Shown piece by piece: positions 44,148-54,196 of a DNA stretch of 64,000 nucleotides. Every line of letters starts with the position of its first letter. The stretch's first letter is position 1. The stretch lies in IMG/VR virus record IMGVR_UViG_3300029305_001437; one strand, written 5' to 3'. This stretch comes from an uncultured virus (IMG/VR IMGVR_UViG_3300029305_001437) (taxonomy: Duplodnaviria; Heunggongvirae; Uroviricota; Caudoviricetes). Below the pieces are notes generated by a model. The model did not search any database. It saw nothing but the letters and a program-made list of their open reading frames with translations, and was not told the DNA's origin. Position numbers and translations under genes: made by a program.

Positions 44148-44654
44148 TTACTTTTGAAGGAATGGTAAGTCGCCGTCAATGAAGGAGAAGTACAGATGCG
44201 AGTCGGCGAACTTTCCACAGGTGAAATCCTTCTGTCTGGCTTTACTATCAGTTGTGGATACGACCACGAGATGCTGCTCTGTACTAAGGCCACGATCCAG
44301 CCTGATAGAGAACAGCCCTTCATCTGCGAACTGCAGACAGCCGGCACGAGCCATAAGGTCGATGAGGCGGAAAGCCTGACCTTCTGTGCGGTAGTAGTAT
44401 TCCTCTGCCATCCCGTTCAATGCCTCCCAGCCGAAGTTGCGGAGGTAATCGGAGCAGCGGGTGACACGGGCGAGGAATTGTTCCTCGGGCTCACCGGTAA
44501 TGGCGGGATCTTGCTCTACGATGGCAACTCGACCGGATGGCGATACACAGATGCAGCCGACGGTGTCGTTCTCGTTGGGGCCGACTTGAATGTCCTCTCC
44601 AATGGGGAACAGGGGGTAGTATGCTTTGTTGCCTTCGTACAGCATTTGGATCAC
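44148..44654 (-). CDS. Hypothetical protein co-transcribed with the repressor (possibly a degenerate PD-(D/E)XK fold)
   Basis: AAGGA(G) RBS; overlaps the repressor stop codon. Confidence 0.7.
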   Translation of the reverse strand: MIQMLYEGNKAYYPLFPIGEDIQVGPNENDTVGCICVSPSGRVAIVEQDPAITGEPEEQFLARVTRCSDYLRNFGWEALNGMAEEYYYRTEGQAFRLIDLMARAGCLQFADEGLFSIRLDRGLSTEQHLVVVSTTDSKARQKDFTCGKFADSHLYFSFIDGDLPFLQK

Positions 44655-44977
44655 TCCTTGGATTTGTATTTATTCAGAACGGCCTGAACCACCTTGCGGT
44701 CGTCCTCGGTCGCTAAGTAGTAGAGTTGGGATACCTCACGGATCTCCTGAGGCAATGTTTCATAGCGGTCGTCATTGATGCCGAGGATCCAGTCGATAGA
44801 AACCCCGAAGAACTCAGCCAGCTTGACTACATAGGGCAGATCGGGAGATCTGTTTCCGGAAAGATACCGAGAGAGGGTAGCGGAGGTGATGTTCATTTTG
44901 TCCGCCAGTGCCTTGATGCCATAGCCTCGGCTGTCCATAAGAGCCTTGAGCCGTTCCTGAAATGCTGAATAATCCAT
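44651..44977 (-). CDS. CI-like XRE HTH repressor
   Basis: LADKMNITSATLSRYLSGNRSP...LAEFFGVSIDWILG; divergent from the Cro-like gene. Confidence 0.9.
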   Translation of the reverse strand: MDYSAFQERLKALMDSRGYGIKALADKMNITSATLSRYLSGNRSPDLPYVVKLAEFFGVSIDWILGINDDRYETLPQEIREVSQLYYLATEDDRKVVQAVLNKYKSKE

Positions 44978-45017
44978 AGTCTGTACTCCTTTACCGTTGT
45001 TATATGGTTTAGATACC

Positions 45018-45105
45018 ATTGTATAAGTTTTTTGCCACTTTTGCAACAAAAATTACCGAAATCGGTAAAAAACTTATTGACATTTACCGACTGGTAAGTT
45101 AAGAT
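45018..45105. promoter_or_regulatory. Lysis-lysogeny switch: divergent promoters and operators
   Basis: Minus-strand TTGCAA-17-TACAAT (45046-45018); plus-strand TTGACA-17-TAAGAT (45077-45105); palindromes at 45053-45068 and 45084-45097. Confidence 0.85.
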
Positions 45106-45141
45106 ATACACGATGGTAATACCAACCACGAAACGAAAGGG

Positions 45142-45375
45142 GTGAACTCAATGAAACCACGCGAAATCAAAGGAGCCCGAGCAAGGCTTGGATATACGCA
45201 GCAGTTTATGGCGGACCAGCTTGAAATGAATTACCACTCGTACCGGAAGAAAGAGAGTGGCGAAGTTAGGTTCACCGAAGACGAGAAGATCGCAGTCGCT
45301 CGTATCCTGGAATTGACACCGGGGCAGATGAACGATTTTCTTTTTGATGGCAAATTACCAATCGGTAACGCATAG
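45142..45375 (+). CDS. Cro-like HTH regulator
   Basis: ARARLGYTQQFMADQLEMNYHSYRKKESGE. Confidence 0.88.
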   Translation: MNSMKPREIKGARARLGYTQQFMADQLEMNYHSYRKKESGEVRFTEDEKIAVARILELTPGQMNDFLFDGKLPIGNA

Positions 45376-45470
45376 TAACCGCTGTGGTAACTGCCAGTTG
45401 TTTTGCGGATAGGTTGCCAATCGGTTGCTTGTCGCTTTGACTATGGTAATTGTAAACCAATCAGGAGGAA

Positions 45471-45971
45471 ATGAAAATGGGACGAGATGCTAAGAAAGCG
45501 GCAGGTAATCCGTGGTACGAAGCCAGAATTAACGCTGCAAAATATGACGACAGGCTAAGCAGCCGAGAAGGAGCCGCTGAGCGGCTGGGGATGTCCGCTT
45601 CGTCTGTGGCGGACGCAGAACTTGGGTTGACCAAGTTTATGCCGGTGGATAAGGCGGTGCTTATGGCAGATGCCTATAACGCACCGCACCTGCTGAACCA
45701 CTACTGCCTGAACGAGTGCCCGATCGGGTGCCGCAGGCCGTTATCGGATGAGGACCTCGACATTGATCGAGTGACCGTTCGGTTATTGAAGAACCTGAAG
45801 GTCAGCCAGCTGAACGATATTAAGGACAAGCTCCTTGACATTGCAGAAGATGGCGTAATCAGCGACGAGGAGAAGCCTGATCTCAAGGAAGTAATGGAGT
45901 ACCTGAACGAATTGGCAAGGGCACTGAGCGAACTGCAAACTGTAAGTCAAAAGGTGCTGAATGGAGGTTAA
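45471..45971 (+). CDS. Phage regulatory HTH protein (CII-like position)
   Basis: SREGAAERLGMSASSVADAELG HTH; YC..ECPIG; DIAEDGVIS.EE. Confidence 0.7.
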   Translation: MKMGRDAKKAAGNPWYEARINAAKYDDRLSSREGAAERLGMSASSVADAELGLTKFMPVDKAVLMADAYNAPHLLNHYCLNECPIGCRRPLSDEDLDIDRVTVRLLKNLKVSQLNDIKDKLLDIAEDGVISDEEKPDLKEVMEYLNELARALSELQTVSQKVLNGG

Positions 45972-46123
45972 GACGGTGAGCAAACGGTCCGAACTCGCAG
46001 AGATCTTGAAAAGCGAATATGGGATCGGTTCTGTGGCAGAGCTTGAGAAAGCCATAGAGCGAATGGGAGCTGTCGACATTTCTCCGTTCTGTGCTGATAT
46101 AACACCGAAAAGGAGAAAGCGTA

Positions 46124-46819
46124 ATGAACAGAAAATCCATTCGTAGAGCACGGACCGCACGGATTATGAGGATGGCACTGCTGCTGACAGCGGTGGTCCT
46201 GATCTTCCTGATGTTCCCCGCAACGGCGGGATCTACCGGAGGAGAAACGACAATCCCCGAAGCCACCGAAGTACCGTTCAAGCAGACCGAACCGGTTGAC
46301 ACAGACAGCGGGCTTGTACCTCTTGTCCACAAGATTACATACGACCAGGTGCAGACGGAAGACATCGAACCGGAGGTGACAGACCCCGTAGTTGTCGAGT
46401 ATGAGAAGCTCTACACCGAAGCGGATGTAATTGCCTTGGCAAAGATGGCCTGGGGCGAAGCACTCGTCACCAAGTCAGACACCGAGATGGCGGCGACAAT
46501 GTGGTGTGTACTGAACCGCTTCGATTGTAACGACCCGTACTACCGGAACTGCAAGACCATAGAAGCAATCGTCAAGCAGAGCGGAGCTTTCGCCGGCTAC
46601 TCCTCCAGAAATCCGGAGGATGAGCATTTGATTTGGCTTGCCAGAGATGTACTGGATAGATGGAACGCAGAACAGCACGGAGAAACAGATGTAGGCCGTG
46701 TCCTGCCTGCCGACTACCTGTTCTTCCACGGGGACGGCAAGCACAACCATTTCCGGAAGGAATACAAGCACGACGGGCATTACTGGGACTGGAGCCTGGA
46801 AAGCCCGTATGAAACCTGA
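46124..46819 (+). CDS. Cell-wall hydrolase, SleB/Hydrolase_2-like
   Basis: N-terminal TM; LAKMAWGEA...WCVLNR...Q.GAF...YLFFHGDGKHNHF. Confidence 0.8.
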   Translation: MNRKSIRRARTARIMRMALLLTAVVLIFLMFPATAGSTGGETTIPEATEVPFKQTEPVDTDSGLVPLVHKITYDQVQTEDIEPEVTDPVVVEYEKLYTEADVIALAKMAWGEALVTKSDTEMAATMWCVLNRFDCNDPYYRNCKTIEAIVKQSGAFAGYSSRNPEDEHLIWLARDVLDRWNAEQHGETDVGRVLPADYLFFHGDGKHNHFRKEYKHDGHYWDWSLESPYET

Positions 46820-46831
46820 GGAGGAGCGTAT

Positions 46832-47291
46832 ATGACAGAAAAGATCGTTGAAGCCATCTATGCGGCAGAGGAACAACTGGGAAGAAAGATCCCGGAAGGC
46901 GTCTGGCTGGAGGTGTTGGGTCATTCCTACCGGAAGCTCGACTACATCAGGAAGCCGATCGAGTATCTGCCGATCCTGTTCCAGAACGAGCTGACCGATT
47001 ACTACGCTCGTCTTGAGATCAACCTGAAAGGAGCAGCCAACTATGTGCAGCGAATGTTTGCAGACGCCCTGTCACCCCAGGTGTCCTAATGCACCTGATC
47101 CGAAGCCTGTGGAGACTTGCCACAAGTGCGGAGAAGGGATTTTGCCCGGTGATGAGTACGCAAAGATCGACGGTGTTTGTTACTGCGAGAGCTGTATCGA
47201 CGATATGCCGTACAGCGTTTTGATCCCGCTTTTGGGCGGAGATTGGTGCAAAGCCAGTGAGGAGGACTACGAAGATGGATGCGACGACTAA
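46832..47291 (+). other. Two short ORFs (46832-47089; Cys-rich 47043-47291)
   Basis: RBS and operon context. Confidence 0.65.
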
Positions 47292-47904
47292 GGTGCTGGT
47301 TGCACCTGAGCTCCCGGAATTGACATTCGATGATGCAAGCCATATCTACCGGTTGGATGGGGCAGACATCCCGAGTGTGTCCCGGATAATGGAGCCGCTG
47401 AAAGATGCGAATTACGCAGGCATCAGCGAACGGACTCTGCAAAGGGCAGCCAATAAAGGCACATCTGTCCACAACACGATCGAGAATTTTATCAAGTTTG
47501 GCATCGAGGATGTATGCCCGGAGCATCAGGCGTACTTCGATGCGTTTATGGCTTGGTGGACGGAAGTTCAGCCGGTGGTGATCGGCTCCGAAATCCGGAT
47601 TTACCATAAGCTCCTGCGGTACGGCGGAACCATTGACCTGCTGTGTTACATCGAAGACAAGCTCACCCTGATCGACTTTAAGACGACCTATTCGGTAAGC
47701 GATATGACCTGCGGTGTTCAGCTCGAAGCCTATGCCAAGGCACTGGAGAGCCACGGCATCAAGGTCGACCAGAAGATGATCCTGCTCCTGAAGCGGGACG
47801 GAAAGCACAAGCCGATTTTCTACCCGGCGAATGATAGCCTGCGGTGGAGAGTGTTCGGCTCTTTGAAGGTAGTGTATGACTATACCAAGTCTTACCATAA
47901 ATGA
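47275..47904 (+). CDS. PD-(D/E)XK exonuclease-like protein
   Basis: PSVS.I...GTSVH...E...YGGTIDL...IDFKT...QLEAY. Confidence 0.85.
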   Translation: MDATTKVLVAPELPELTFDDASHIYRLDGADIPSVSRIMEPLKDANYAGISERTLQRAANKGTSVHNTIENFIKFGIEDVCPEHQAYFDAFMAWWTEVQPVVIGSEIRIYHKLLRYGGTIDLLCYIEDKLTLIDFKTTYSVSDMTCGVQLEAYAKALESHGIKVDQKMILLLKRDGKHKPIFYPANDSLRWRVFGSLKVVYDYTKSYHK

Positions 47905-47926
47905 TTTTCAGAAAGGATGTGTCAGT

Positions 47927-48637
47927 ATGAACGAAGCAATCGCTACCAAAGGTAGCAACGCCCTTGTCCTTGACACCGCTGAGCGGTCTCTCGGCGAGGA
48001 GGTCAGTCTGGTAGAACAGAACGCAGCCGGCGTCGTTGTGCACGACAGTGCGAGTTACGAGCAGGCCGCTGAGATCACCAGAACCATCAAGCAGATGCAC
48101 AAGAGGGTGACAGATTATTGGGAGCCCCTGCGTGTGTCCGCAAAGAAAACCTACGACGATGTTCTTGGTAAGAAGAAGCGGATGATCGAGCCGCTGGAGA
48201 AAGCCGAGAAGATCCTGAAGGGAAAGATGGGTGCCTTCGTCGCCCAACAGGAAGCAGAGCGTAGAGCGAAGGAAGAAGCCGCTCGTAAGGCAGCCCAGGA
48301 CGAAGCCAACCGCAGACTGGAGGAAGCTGCAGCACTCGAAAAGGCAGGCGATGCCATCGGTGCAGAGATGGCTATGGCAGAAGCTGAAGTCTATGACGAT
48401 GCTGCTGCCGGCATCACCGTATCCGGTAAAGCTCCCAAGGTCGAAGGCGTGTCTACCGCAAAGGCGTGGGAGATCACGAATATCGACCCTGCGAAAGTAC
48501 CCGTAGAGATCGCCGGTGTGGTGATCCGCCCCGTGGATGAGAAGGCAGTCGCTCGACTCATTAAGATGTCGAAAGGACAGATCAAGATCCCTGGTGTCGA
48601 GTACAAGGAAACCGTATCCGTAAGCATCCGGGCTTAA
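47927..48637 (+). CDS. Coiled-coil phage protein of the recombination module
   Basis: Ala/Glu-rich helix with C-terminal IPGVEY; lies between the nuclease and Bet. Confidence 0.7.
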   Translation: MNEAIATKGSNALVLDTAERSLGEEVSLVEQNAAGVVVHDSASYEQAAEITRTIKQMHKRVTDYWEPLRVSAKKTYDDVLGKKKRMIEPLEKAEKILKGKMGAFVAQQEAERRAKEEAARKAAQDEANRRLEEAAALEKAGDAIGAEMAMAEAEVYDDAAAGITVSGKAPKVEGVSTAKAWEITNIDPAKVPVEIAGVVIRPVDEKAVARLIKMSKGQIKIPGVEYKETVSVSIRA

Positions 48638-48660
48638 CCCGGAAACATAGGAGGTAACAA

Positions 48661-49533
48661 ATGAGTCAAGAACTGATGAAGGTCGAGTTTGAGAGCCTGT
48701 CCGGTATTATGGTCAAGCTCGACGCAGCCACAGTCCGCAACACGCTCACCAGAGGCAATGGCGAGGTTACGGATCAGGAAGTGGCGATGTTCCTTCGTAC
48801 CTGTCAGGCAAAGCGTCTGGATCCCTTGGAGAACGGCGAGGTATACCTGATTAAGTACGACAACAAGGCTCCTGCAAACCTGGTCGTCGGTTACTTTGCG
48901 TATATCCGCAGAGCAGACCACTTCCCTGATTACAGAGGCTTTAAGGCAGGCATCACCGTTGTGCGTGGACCCGCAGAGAACCCCCAGGTTATCCAAAAGG
49001 AAGGTGCTTGCCTTTATAAGGCGATCGGCGAACAGCTGATCGGCGGCTGGTGTAGGGTATACCGGGAACGCTCCAATGGCAACATCGAAGAAACCTTTAT
49101 GGAAGTGCCCTTGGAGGAGTACAGCACCGGTATGAGCAACTGGAAGGCGAAGCCTGCAACGATGATCCGGAAGGTTGCAATCAGTCAGGCGTTCCGTGCG
49201 GCATTCCCCAACGAGTACGAGGGTCTTTACACCGTCGATGAAATGCAGGCAGCAGGAGCAATTCCTGACAATGTGGTCGTGGATGGAGAAATTGTCGAAG
49301 TCCCCGACGATCCCGTCATTTCCCAGGAGCAGCGGCAGAACCTGTTCAAGCTGGCGAAAGAGCATATCGGGCAGAACGCCAATGATGTGTTGAAAGCTGT
49401 GCTTGCCGAGTTCGGTCGTGAGTCCACAACCGATATGCCGCTGTCTGTGTACAACAAGGTCCTCGACCGTGTGATGAAGATCGCAGACGACATCCGTGAT
49501 GCCGAAGCTGCAGGCGAAGCCCCCACCGAATGA
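48661..49533 (+). CDS. bet: Single-strand annealing protein, Bet/RecT family
   Basis: TDQEV..F...C....LDP...EVYLIKY...W...PATMIRKVA..QA.R.AFP...GLY..DEM. Confidence 0.9.
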   Translation: MSQELMKVEFESLSGIMVKLDAATVRNTLTRGNGEVTDQEVAMFLRTCQAKRLDPLENGEVYLIKYDNKAPANLVVGYFAYIRRADHFPDYRGFKAGITVVRGPAENPQVIQKEGACLYKAIGEQLIGGWCRVYRERSNGNIEETFMEVPLEEYSTGMSNWKAKPATMIRKVAISQAFRAAFPNEYEGLYTVDEMQAAGAIPDNVVVDGEIVEVPDDPVISQEQRQNLFKLAKEHIGQNANDVLKAVLAEFGRESTTDMPLSVYNKVLDRVMKIADDIRDAEAAGEAPTE

Positions 49534-49583
49534 AGCAATACCAAAGACGGCGGGGGACCGCCAACAGATAGGCAGGTGATGAA

Positions 49584-50414
49584 ATGGCGTGGATAAGCGT
49601 ACACGAGAACATTGTCGGTGCAAAGCTACGGCAGTTCCGGAGTTTGATTGGCTGTTCGCAGTGGGAAGCCGAGGGTATCCTTGTTTCCCTGTGGTTATGG
49701 GGTCTCAACAATGCTGACAAGTACGGCTTGATCCCGTATGCCGACAGATCTGACATCGAGATCGCCCTGTCTGGATCCTCGAAAGGAAGTACGATTGACC
49801 TGCACAAGATCGTCGACTCGCTCGTACTGAGCGGATGGATCGACGAAGCTGATGACGGTATCTACATCCACGACTGGGAAGTCTGGCAGGAGCAGTGGTA
49901 CAAAGCCAAAGAACGCCGTGAAAAAGATACCCAAAGAAAGCGGGAAAATCGGAGCAAAGAGAAAGCACCTGCACTCCCGGTGGCAGAAGACGAGGTGGAA
50001 GCAAAGCCACCCGTCCTGCCTCCTGCGGAGCCTCCTAAGGTGGAAGTTCCGAAGGAACCGCCCCAAGGTCCGCCGGTTAACCCGAAGCGGAAAGCTACGA
50101 ATTACGGTCCGGAGTTCGATGAATTTTGGACCGTATATCCCAGAAAGGTCGGCAAAGGGGATGCTGCCAAGGCGTACCAAGCCCGTCGCAATGACGGCTG
50201 GTCAGCCGAGACCCTGCTGACTGCAGCAAAGAACTATGCACTCCAATGCAACAAGCAGCACACCGCACTGGAGTACATCAAGCACCCCAAGACATTCCTA
50301 AGTGTGAGCACCCCGTTTACGGACTATGTGCCCAAGCGGAAGGTCGCAGATCCTGAGCAGACAGTTCCGGATGGAAAGAACCCGTTTTCTGAATACGGAA
50401 AGGAGGGCTCTTAA
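49584..50414 (+). CDS. Replication initiator (replisome organiser)
   Basis: MAWI...LW.W...IHDW..Q N-domain and FDEFW..YPRKVGK..A...IKHP.TFL C-domain; precedes the DnaC-like gene. Confidence 0.85.
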   Translation: MAWISVHENIVGAKLRQFRSLIGCSQWEAEGILVSLWLWGLNNADKYGLIPYADRSDIEIALSGSSKGSTIDLHKIVDSLVLSGWIDEADDGIYIHDWEVWQEQWYKAKERREKDTQRKRENRSKEKAPALPVAEDEVEAKPPVLPPAEPPKVEVPKEPPQGPPVNPKRKATNYGPEFDEFWTVYPRKVGKGDAAKAYQARRNDGWSAETLLTAAKNYALQCNKQHTALEYIKHPKTFLSVSTPFTDYVPKRKVADPEQTVPDGKNPFSEYGKEGS

Positions 50415-51304
50415 TGGAAGATCTGCAAAGGCCGGCAATCAATGCGTATGAGATGATGCTCCCGATCTGCAGGAACCTGCTCCGGAAACAGATCAGAAAT
50501 GCGGTTGATTACGAGAATGAGGATGGCTTGCTTGTCTGCGGAATTTGTGGAGAAACGAAGCAGACATACCTGACATTGCCCAACCCGACCGAGGACAATA
50601 TGGGCAAGATCCTGACGACCAAAGCCTGCGGTTGCGACAGGAAGGCTGAGCAGGAAGAAGCTGCTCGAAAAAAGGCGATGGAAGACCGTGATAAGATCTC
50701 GAAATTCCGGTCGCTCAGTATGATCGACAGCAAGTTCAACGGAGTTCGGTTCGACCAGCTCGAACGAACAAAGTTCAATGAGAAGAACCTCCGCATCTGC
50801 GAGAGGTATGTAGCGAAATTCCCGGAGATGCTCCAAAAGAACCAAGGCCTTCTGCTTTGGGGAGATGTGGGAACGGGAAAGAGCTTTGCGGCAGCGGCGA
50901 TAGCAAACGCCCTGCTTGAGCAGGTAGTTCCGGTCGTAATGGTATCGTTCGTAGAGATCCTCAAACGGATCGAGTCGAAGGCGATGACCCATGACCAGAT
51001 CGTATCGCTCATAAACACCGCCAACCTCGTCGTGTTTGATGACCTCGGGGCTGAGCGGGACTCAGACTATGCACTGGAAAAGGTATATGCCATCGTCGAT
51101 GCCAGATACCGGAAACAGTTGCCTATGATCGTAACGACGAACCTGCCGATGGAGCAGATGAAGGGCGAGGAGGACATCCGATACCGTCGGATCTACGACC
51201 GCATCTTCGAGAATTGCTACCCGATGCAGTTCACAGGCCCGAGCTGGAGGCGTGTCGAGGCGAACAGACGGTTCTCCGAGATGTCTTCACTCCTGAAAGA
51301 TTGA
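50414..51304 (+). CDS. DnaC/IstB-like AAA+ helicase loader
   Basis: GDVGTGKS Walker A, VFDDLG Walker B, TTN, RIYDRI. Confidence 0.9.
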   Translation: MEDLQRPAINAYEMMLPICRNLLRKQIRNAVDYENEDGLLVCGICGETKQTYLTLPNPTEDNMGKILTTKACGCDRKAEQEEAARKKAMEDRDKISKFRSLSMIDSKFNGVRFDQLERTKFNEKNLRICERYVAKFPEMLQKNQGLLLWGDVGTGKSFAAAAIANALLEQVVPVVMVSFVEILKRIESKAMTHDQIVSLINTANLVVFDDLGAERDSDYALEKVYAIVDARYRKQLPMIVTTNLPMEQMKGEEDIRYRRIYDRIFENCYPMQFTGPSWRRVEANRRFSEMSSLLKD

Positions 51305-51500
51305 GAGGTGGGGAATATGTGCAGTAACGATATGATCCTCCTGAAGATCGGCAATGAGGCAGACCGTGTAACGGTAGCCTCGATCCTGTATAAGAACGGC
51401 TACGAGGTGAAGCCGGTTCGCCGCAAGAAAAACGGCAAGAGCTACGAATACTTCGTCGGGTGCAGACCTGCAACTGACGACCAGCAGGGAGGTGCAACTG

Positions 51501-51935
51501 ATGACAGTTAGGTTCACAATCCCGGGAGAGCCGTATGGTAAGGGCAGACCTCGCTTTAGAAACGCAGGTACGCACCAGCAGCCGTACACGCCGGCAAAGA
51601 CAGCGAACTATGAGAACCTCGTAAAGCTGGCTTATACGGCGGAGGCAAAGAACTACCGGTTCCCTGATGACGCAATGATTGATGTCAGGATCTTTGCTTA
51701 TTATGCAATCCCCAAATCTGCCAGCAAAAAGAAGCGGCAGGCGATGCTGGATAGAAAGATCCGACCGACGAAGAAACCTGACTACGACAACATCGGCAAG
51801 ATCGTCTGCGACTCGCTGAACCAGATCGCATATAAGGACGACTCGCAGATAGTCGACGCAATGGTCAGGAAATTCTATGATGAGATCCCCAGAGTGGTCG
51901 TTACAATCCGTGACATTGCGGAGGAGACGGAATGA
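51501..51935 (+). CDS. rusA: RusA-family Holliday junction resolvase
   Basis: GKGRPRF...KKPDYDNIGK.V.DSLN.IAYKDDSQIV. Confidence 0.92.
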   Translation: MTVRFTIPGEPYGKGRPRFRNAGTHQQPYTPAKTANYENLVKLAYTAEAKNYRFPDDAMIDVRIFAYYAIPKSASKKKRQAMLDRKIRPTKKPDYDNIGKIVCDSLNQIAYKDDSQIVDAMVRKFYDEIPRVVVTIRDIAEETE

Positions 51936-52171
51936 GTAGGGAGCTTGTCTTTGACGGATATTGGGAGGGCACTGCCGATTACTCCTGCGACCAATGCGGG
52001 AAGACCGTCAAGTTCCGCTTTGATAGCGAAGAAAGTGCCAACAATGCCAAAGGGCACCGGCAAGCACTCCGGACGAAGCGAGGCTGGATCACCACGAAGG
52101 TGGAGGGTCACTGGCACGACTTCTGCGGGGAGCCTTGCAGAAATAAGTACATTCGAGAACAGACTTTTTGA
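51932..52171 (+). CDS. Small Zn-binding hypothetical protein
   Basis: CDQC...GW...DFC...C. Confidence 0.65.
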   Translation: MSRELVFDGYWEGTADYSCDQCGKTVKFRFDSEESANNAKGHRQALRTKRGWITTKVEGHWHDFCGEPCRNKYIREQTF

Positions 52172-52186
52172 AAGGAAGTAACAGCT

Positions 52187-53032
52187 ATGAGCAAGCAAGA
52201 TTTGGTACTGAGCCTGAATGAGGAGACTTTCTCCGCACTGAAGAAAGACTTCGACACAATCCTGAACCGCACCCTGGGCAATATGGAGATGAAGGGTGCA
52301 ACTGATGCAGTTATCACCCTGAAGCTGACCGTCGGCCTGGATGAGCGGTCCTTCTCTGTGGGCGAAGGCATTCAGAAATACAAGAAGCCCACCTTCAAGC
52401 ACGAGATCAACTCCGTGATGCAGATCAAGGACAAGATGACCGGCCAGCTCAGTGGCGAGTATGCTATGGTTTGGGACGAAGATGAAAAGCGGTTCGTCCT
52501 CCGCCACTTCGACGGAAACCAGACCAGCATCTTCGACAGCGACTACGAGACGGTAGATGAGGAGCCTATGGGCCGCTTCACTGACCTGCCTAACGGTGAG
52601 GCAATCGGCCTGCCTGCTCCTGACGATGAGGATGAGGAAGCCGAGGAGATGACCCCGTTCAGTTGGCTGTGCCAGTTCGTCGGTGAGACGCTGATCGTCA
52701 CTGAGGCAATGGGCAACTACACCGTCCGGACCGAGGGCAACAAGGTGGTGCTTTCCTCCGCAACGAGCGAGGAGAACCCCTTCTACTGTCCTGCTGAGAA
52801 ACTGGAGCCCCATGTCGGTCACAAGGTCGTCTGTGTCGGCTACGGCGATGACGAGATCGTGAATGTTTCCATCGAGTGCGAGGATTGCAACACAGTCCTG
52901 TTTGACATCAACGCACCTGAGGCGACCGACGAGGAAGTAACCGATGCTGTTAAGTCCTCCGATGCTGAGGAAGACGCAACTGATGGAAGCTCCGCAGATG
53001 AAGGCTTAGAATACGAAGACCCCGAGGAGTAA
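52187..53032 (+). CDS. Acidic hypothetical protein
   Basis: RBS present; long ORF in operon. Confidence 0.75.
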   Translation: MSKQDLVLSLNEETFSALKKDFDTILNRTLGNMEMKGATDAVITLKLTVGLDERSFSVGEGIQKYKKPTFKHEINSVMQIKDKMTGQLSGEYAMVWDEDEKRFVLRHFDGNQTSIFDSDYETVDEEPMGRFTDLPNGEAIGLPAPDDEDEEAEEMTPFSWLCQFVGETLIVTEAMGNYTVRTEGNKVVLSSATSEENPFYCPAEKLEPHVGHKVVCVGYGDDEIVNVSIECEDCNTVLFDINAPEATDEEVTDAVKSSDAEEDATDGSSADEGLEYEDPEE

Positions 53033-53059
53033 TGCCTCCCCGGGGTGAGGGAGGAAATT

Positions 53060-53749
53060 ATGAAATCACCCATTGATGTGATAAAGGGACGGATCGTCGA
53101 CTTCGATGAGAATGGCAAGCTGACCATCGAGGCGTATTACCCGGACTGGCGGACGATGACCCGCCGGGAGTACAGCGAGTGCAATATCCAGATGATCGAC
53201 GGACGCCCGTTATCCAATAAGCAGCGGCGAACCTGTTACAAGCTGCTTCGGGAGATTTCGGCTTACACGGGTATGGGACTGGATCCCACGAAGGAATGGA
53301 CGAAGATCAAGTTCCTTGCTGAGGATCTGGAAGAAACAGCGGATAAGATATTCTCCCTATCCGACGCCCCGATGTCCCTGGTATGTGCCTACCAGCGGTT
53401 CCTGGTACGGTTCATTCTTGACTGGGACATCCCGTGTAGCTTCTCCCTGTTAGACTTTGTGGATGATACCAACGATTACATCTATGCCTGCCTTGAACAT
53501 AAGAAGTGTTGCATCTGCGGACAGCACTGCGACCTGCACCATGTAGACCGAGTAGGTATGGGCGGCGATCGTGAAGAAATGGTACACGAGGGTATGGAAG
53601 TTCTCCCGCTTTGCCGTGGACACCACACAGAGCTCCACAACACCGGCGACCGAGAGTTCTACGCCCAGTACCATCTCGTCAAAGGCATCATCCTCGATAA
53701 GTACCTCTGTAAAATTTATGGCTTGAAATCGAGCAAGGAGGAAATGTAA
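53060..53749 (+). CDS. Putative HNHc nuclease
   Basis: CCICG...DLHHVDRVGMG...LPLCRGHHTELH. Confidence 0.8.
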   Translation: MKSPIDVIKGRIVDFDENGKLTIEAYYPDWRTMTRREYSECNIQMIDGRPLSNKQRRTCYKLLREISAYTGMGLDPTKEWTKIKFLAEDLEETADKIFSLSDAPMSLVCAYQRFLVRFILDWDIPCSFSLLDFVDDTNDYIYACLEHKKCCICGQHCDLHHVDRVGMGGDREEMVHEGMEVLPLCRGHHTELHNTGDREFYAQYHLVKGIILDKYLCKIYGLKSSKEEM

Positions 53750-54184
53750 ATGCTCAACCACATTACGATTATGGGCCGCCTGACAAAGGACCCTGAGCTA
53801 CGCAGAACCGGAACCGGTGTTGCTGTGACCAGCTTTACGGTGGCGGTAGACCGGGACTTCGGAACCGGTGATGACGGCAAGAAAGAAGCGGACTTCATCG
53901 ACTGCGTTGCGTGGCGGCAGACCGGTGAGTTCGTGAGCAAGTATTTCAAGAAAGGCTCCGTGGCAGTTGTGTCTGGACGGCTCCAGATCCGGGGCTGGAC
54001 TGACAAGGAAGGCAACAAGCGGAGAGCTGCCGAGGTCGTGGCAGAAAATGTCTACTTCGGCGACAACAAGAAGAACGACGGTAACGATAACGCAGGCGGG
54101 TACAATGCACCGGGAAGTTACGGCTCACAGCCGGCCAGCGACTTCGGCACCATCGACGAAGACGATGCACAGCTCCCGTTTTGA
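53750..54184 (+). CDS. ssb: Single-stranded DNA-binding protein
   Basis: MLN...MGRLTKDPELR...DFIDCVAW...acidic tail ending LPF. Confidence 0.97.
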   Translation: MLNHITIMGRLTKDPELRRTGTGVAVTSFTVAVDRDFGTGDDGKKEADFIDCVAWRQTGEFVSKYFKKGSVAVVSGRLQIRGWTDKEGNKRRAAEVVAENVYFGDNKKNDGNDNAGGYNAPGSYGSQPASDFGTIDEDDAQLPF

Positions 54185-54196
54185 TCGGAGGTAGCA

